This document shows, one piece after another, positions 60,183 to 64,000 of a stretch of DNA of 64,000 bases; the stretch's first letter is position 1, and each line of letters starts with the position of its first letter. The notes under the pieces are model-generated. The model was given only the letters and a program-made list of their open reading frames with translations. It searched no databases and was not told where the DNA came from. Origin of the DNA: Octopus vulgaris (taxonomy: Eukaryota); the NCBI GenBank assembly GCA_951406725.2, contig OX597835.1:15686001-15750000 (forward strand), written 5' to 3'. The position numbers and the translations under genes were made by a program.

Positions 60183-61629
60183 AGAGAAGGGAAGACAGGA
60201 AAAAAAATCGCCAACGGTACACACGTGGTCACATTTTGAATGTATATATATATATTTATTTAAGGGTGAGTGTTACTGTAAGGAGATAGAAATTTTGAAG
60301 CCTAGCAATTTTAAGGATTTTAATTATATTTTCATCTGTAAGGAAGGACCAGTGGGTGTATTGGTTCAGTGCTTGGATAATCAAAAAGGGACCTATGAAT
60401 GTCTGATGGGCAGTCCTTCCCTCAGATACAAAAACCTCCCATCCTTCTTGAATTTCAAGAGAGCCTCAACCCAGCCCCTGATGAAGCCTGAAAGCAGTTG
60501 TTTCACCTTGCAAGATTTGTTTTTTTAAGGCTGCTGGGTGCAATGTTTTCATTGATATTTAGTTTTGATAAGGTTATAACTATAAATTGTCTCAAGGGTT
60601 TATAATCTCGAAGAGATTTTACGCAAAACTAAATCCTTCATTGGTTCATTTACCATTAGATTTTTTCATGCTAGCTTAGCTTGGACAAGAGTAAATTTGG
60701 AGCATATATTTCTTTACTACCCACAAGGGGCTAAACACAGAGGGGACAAACAAGGACAGACAAAGGGATCAAGTCGATTACATCGACCCCAGTGTGTAAC
60801 TGGTACTTAATTTATCGACCCCGAAAGGATGAAAAGCAAAGTCGACCTCGGCGGAATTTGAACTCAGGACGTAACAGCAGATGAAATACGGCTACGCATT
60901 TCGTTTGGCGTGCTAACATTTCTGCCAGCTCGCCACCATATTTGGAGGATAGTCTTTGCAACCAGATGCTCTTCCTGCTTCTAAAACCTTTATCTGTTTC
61001 TCAAGTAAGGGCTTTTTTTCTATTCCAGAGGAATTTGTAAGTGTTGAATTGGTGGATGATCTGTTAATAGGAAGCATCAAGAAATGCCACCAGCTGCTGC
61101 CTGGCCATAAGTGGGGGGTGGCATTACTTGTAGTTGTTACTCAGTATAGATTGCAATCATCCCCTCCACACACACACACACACACATTCTTAAGTCTACT
61201 ATTGATAGTGACTTCGAAGTTTTGGCTAGTTAAGCCATTGTTGGATGATGGCTTAACTGGCCAAAACTTCAAAGTTACTGTCTACCATATTCTTCATAAT
61301 CATCATTTAACGACCATTGTCCATGCTAGCATGGGTTGGACGGTTTGACCAGGGCTGGTAAGCTGGAAGGCTGCACCAGACTCCAGTCTGATTTGACATG
61401 GTTTTCTACAGCTGGATGCCCTTCCTAACACCAACCACTCTGAGAGTATAATGGATGCTTTTATGTGCCACCAGCACAGGTGCCATTTGTGTGACTCCGG
61501 TATCTGCCATGACTGCGATTTTGCTCCACTTAAGAATAAATTTATACTCTATGAAAGGATAGAGTAATCCATCAGATTAATGTAGAATTATTTTTATTAC
61601 AACTGAGCATAAAAACAAACATTAACGTT

Positions 61630-61830
61630 TGTGTGTGTGTATATATATGTATGTGTGTAGATATATATGTGTATATATGTAAGTGTATATATATGTATGT
61701 ATATATATATATATGTGTATGTATATATATATATATGTATGTATGTATATGTATATATATATGTATGTATGTATGTATATATATATATGTGTATGTATAT
61801 ATATTATATATATTTATGTGTGTGTGTATA
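61630..61830. repeat. compound (TA)n/(TG)n/(TATG)n microsatellite
   Basis: about 200 bp of alternating purine-pyrimidine repeats. Confidence 0.95.
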
Positions 61831-62099
61831 ATGTTGCTCATCATAGATTTTAAGCATTCACAGAGACCTGCTCAATTGCAGATGGCAGGCTTCTTTCAAT
61901 CTATGCCTACCAAATTCTTTCAGAAGGCATTATTTGGCCTGGGACTCTCACAGAGGATGACTAAGGTGCTGTCCAATGGAACTGAACCTGAAGCTACCTG
62001 GTTAAGAGGTGACTGTCTTAACTTCACGGCCATGCCTGCACTTATTACCAACTCTTTAATGCCCATAACATCAAGGTTAGCTACTCAGGCTTAGATAAT

Positions 62100-62700
62100 C
62101 CCATTCAACGTTACTGGTTACAACAGAAACAAATATGCAGTCTGCACTCTGCTCTCGTCCGTTGAAAGAAGCTCGTGAAAGACAACACTTTTCTAATCCC
62201 ATCAAACTGAAAGCAGAATCTTGTTTGGATGAAGTCCTCCTTTGGAAATTGTGGTGGTTCACTGCGCTTCCACCATGATCTTTTGTATTTCATATTGTTA
62301 TAGACAATCCATTTTTCATCCTCTGACATCATTCTCTTCAAAAGAAAACATTTTCTTCATGTTTCTGCAACGATTGGAAATCCATTGGGGGACGTTAGCC
62401 TCATTCAGTTGATGTGGGACCGATGCATCGAGGCTGCTGACATAACCAAATTGATGTGGATGGTTTTCAACACAAGGTTTGTATATTTGGAGAATATCTG
62501 CAATCATCCTAATCGTATTACAGAGGTTGGTATCAAATAGTTCCTGGCCAGCCAGAGTGAGATCCATCTTGAATCGAAAAATCTCCCTCATCAAAATCTT
62601 CAAAAACTACTTCGGGCACACATGTTCTGTAACAGCATCCACTTTGTACTCAACGCATATCTCCCTGAAGGTTTCTGCCCCCTTCTTATCGTTTTTGAAA
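62100..62700 (-). mobile_element. mariner transposase relic
   Basis: VENHPHQFGYVSSLDASVPHQLNEAN (WVPHEL-like) and EDEKWIVYNNMKYKRSW (TGDEKW-like) with frameshifts. Confidence 0.85.
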
Positions 62701-62839
62701 ATAAAAGAAAGTATGAGGTGCTGATAAAATAAGTATCAGTTGAGCACTGGGGTTGATGTATCTGATTTGTGCCCCCCACCAACATTGCTGGCCTTGTGCC
62801 AGAAAATTTTGAAGTCAATATTTTGTGGTCTTGCAGCCA

Positions 62840-63200
62840 CAAGATTGCTTGGAGATACATGTCCTCATGCACCACCTCCAGCCTGGTGAGCTTTGCATCC
62901 ACATCTTTTTCTCGTGCAATGGCAATGCATTTATTTGCTGGGGTCATTGTTGATGATCTCCTGGATTTCAGCGACGAATTCTGGTGTTCTGATGACGTCC
63001 GATTGTCGGTCATTGGTTTTTCCTCTCGGCTGTTGCCTCGTAGTCGAGTCCCAAACCCCACCAGCAGCTCCTTTCTGGCTTTTCCCACCATCCATCTGCT
63101 GCTGACGTTGCGTAAGTCTGAAATCTCATTGCTTGTCCCTCCGGCACAGATTCCAACGAGGACTCCATGCCTCTTCCACAAATTGGTGGTGGTGGCCAAC
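62840..63200 (-). mobile_element. Tc1/mariner (maT-like) transposase N-terminal relic
   Basis: across frameshifts: WMVGKARKELL...SDVIRTPEFVAEIQEIINNDPSK..AIAREKDV...VVHED, typical HTH region. Confidence 0.6.
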
Positions 63201-63259
63201 AACTCTGCAAAAATATATAAATAAAGCAAGAATGGTTATTGTTTTTAAGAAGAAAAACT

Positions 63260-63671
63260 GGATGTTTTTGGTTTGAACGGCAGGTTTTAACATAATTTCT
63301 AGGTAACTAAAAAATTTTAAACTTCGTATACTGGTAGAATGTGTTTATAAAACATCTTTTTCTCTTGGCTTTATTGAGAAAATTCTATAGTTTGTAAGAT
63401 ATTTGTTGTGTTTTATTCTTCAATTTCTGCAATTTCAACCAATCACTGACGTCTATTGAGGTAAACAACATTCTGTGCCGTATGAATATGTCCCTCGTTT
63501 AAGAAACAGATTGGGTTTATTTACATTTGTGAAGAAAAAAAAATACTCTTCCCCCTACCCCTAACCCTAAAATAGATTGAAATGTAATAGATCGATACTA
63601 GGGTCATAATTATGGGTGACAATTTCATATGACACCGCTAGATAAAACTGCCGTTCAAACCGAAAACATCC
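63260..63671. mobile_element. non-autonomous TIR element, 412 bp
   Basis: GGATGTTTTTGGTTTGAACGGCAG ... CTGCCGTTCAAACCGAAAACATCC inverted termini; no TSD visible. Confidence 0.75.
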
Positions 63672-64000
63672 GACATCGATAGTAAAAAAAAAAATAAAAT
63701 ACGTAAAAGTGGCAGTTGAAAATTGCGAACGAATACAGTCCCCGGCCTATCTCGGTATTTACGCAGCACATTTTCTTCTGGTATGCGATTATAGTATGAA
63801 TGGTGCTGTGATAAGTAGTCATCCTCGTTAAACTAATACCCGGAACTAAGTTACTCTGAGATGATATTATGTGTATATACTTTAAAACTTGTGTGGAAGC
63901 ATTGCATTTTAGCAAAGGAATATCAAAGACAGTGTTATTAAGAGAAAAGAGGTGATAATTTAAAAAACAGTTTGAGAAAAAGTATCGAATAAAGCAGAAA

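Noticed and set aside
60470-60510. CTGATGAAGCCTGAAAG hammerhead-like core
   Set aside because: No convincing stem II or stem I pairing around the core.
61572-62094. ORFs rich in [12 protein letters not shown]
   Set aside because: Translations of TA/TG microsatellites.
62600-63229. Longest ORF in the track (209 aa)
   Set aside because: Chimeric read-through of a frameshifted Tc1/mariner relic, a SINE fragment and a mariner relic; not a gene.
63672-64000. CpG-richer unique sequence that might be the promoter of a neighbouring gene
   Set aside because: No exon, ORF or decisive promoter motif before the window ends; cannot be supported.

Overview
Eukaryotic, AT-rich, repeat-dense animal DNA; the SINE/LINE/MITE repertoire looks like octopus (coleoid cephalopod), which is an inference. 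Most of the window (505-56413, + strand) is the 3' part of one large gene encoding the giant N-degron E3 ubiquitin ligase UBR4 (p600/Poe/BIG family). I could read 46 GT-AG exons with consistent phases, 5778 nt in total (1925 codons plus TAA at 56411-56413). They cover the Cys-rich region and the C-terminal hemiRING/UZI module, followed by a 3' UTR of about 1.1 kb; the 5' part of the gene lies upstream of the window. Introns and the downstream region hold tRNA-derived SINEs, 5'-truncated RTE-type and CR1-type LINEs, TTAA-flanked piggyBac-like MITEs, hAT and Tc1/mariner relics, Helitron-like elements and microsatellites. Most ORFs in the supplied track are repeat or microsatellite artefacts. Items worth follow-up: (i) two in-frame candidate cassette exons and a candidate premature terminal/poison exon that would remove the catalytic C-terminus; (ii) four decayed minimal hammerhead-ribozyme-like motifs in three Penelope-like repeat families; (iii) a decayed, unidentified antisense ORF in intron 37; (iv) a 156-bp target-site-like duplication around an RTE insertion; (v) long intronic fold-back hairpins; (vi) CpG decay that differs between repeat copies inside and outside the gene.
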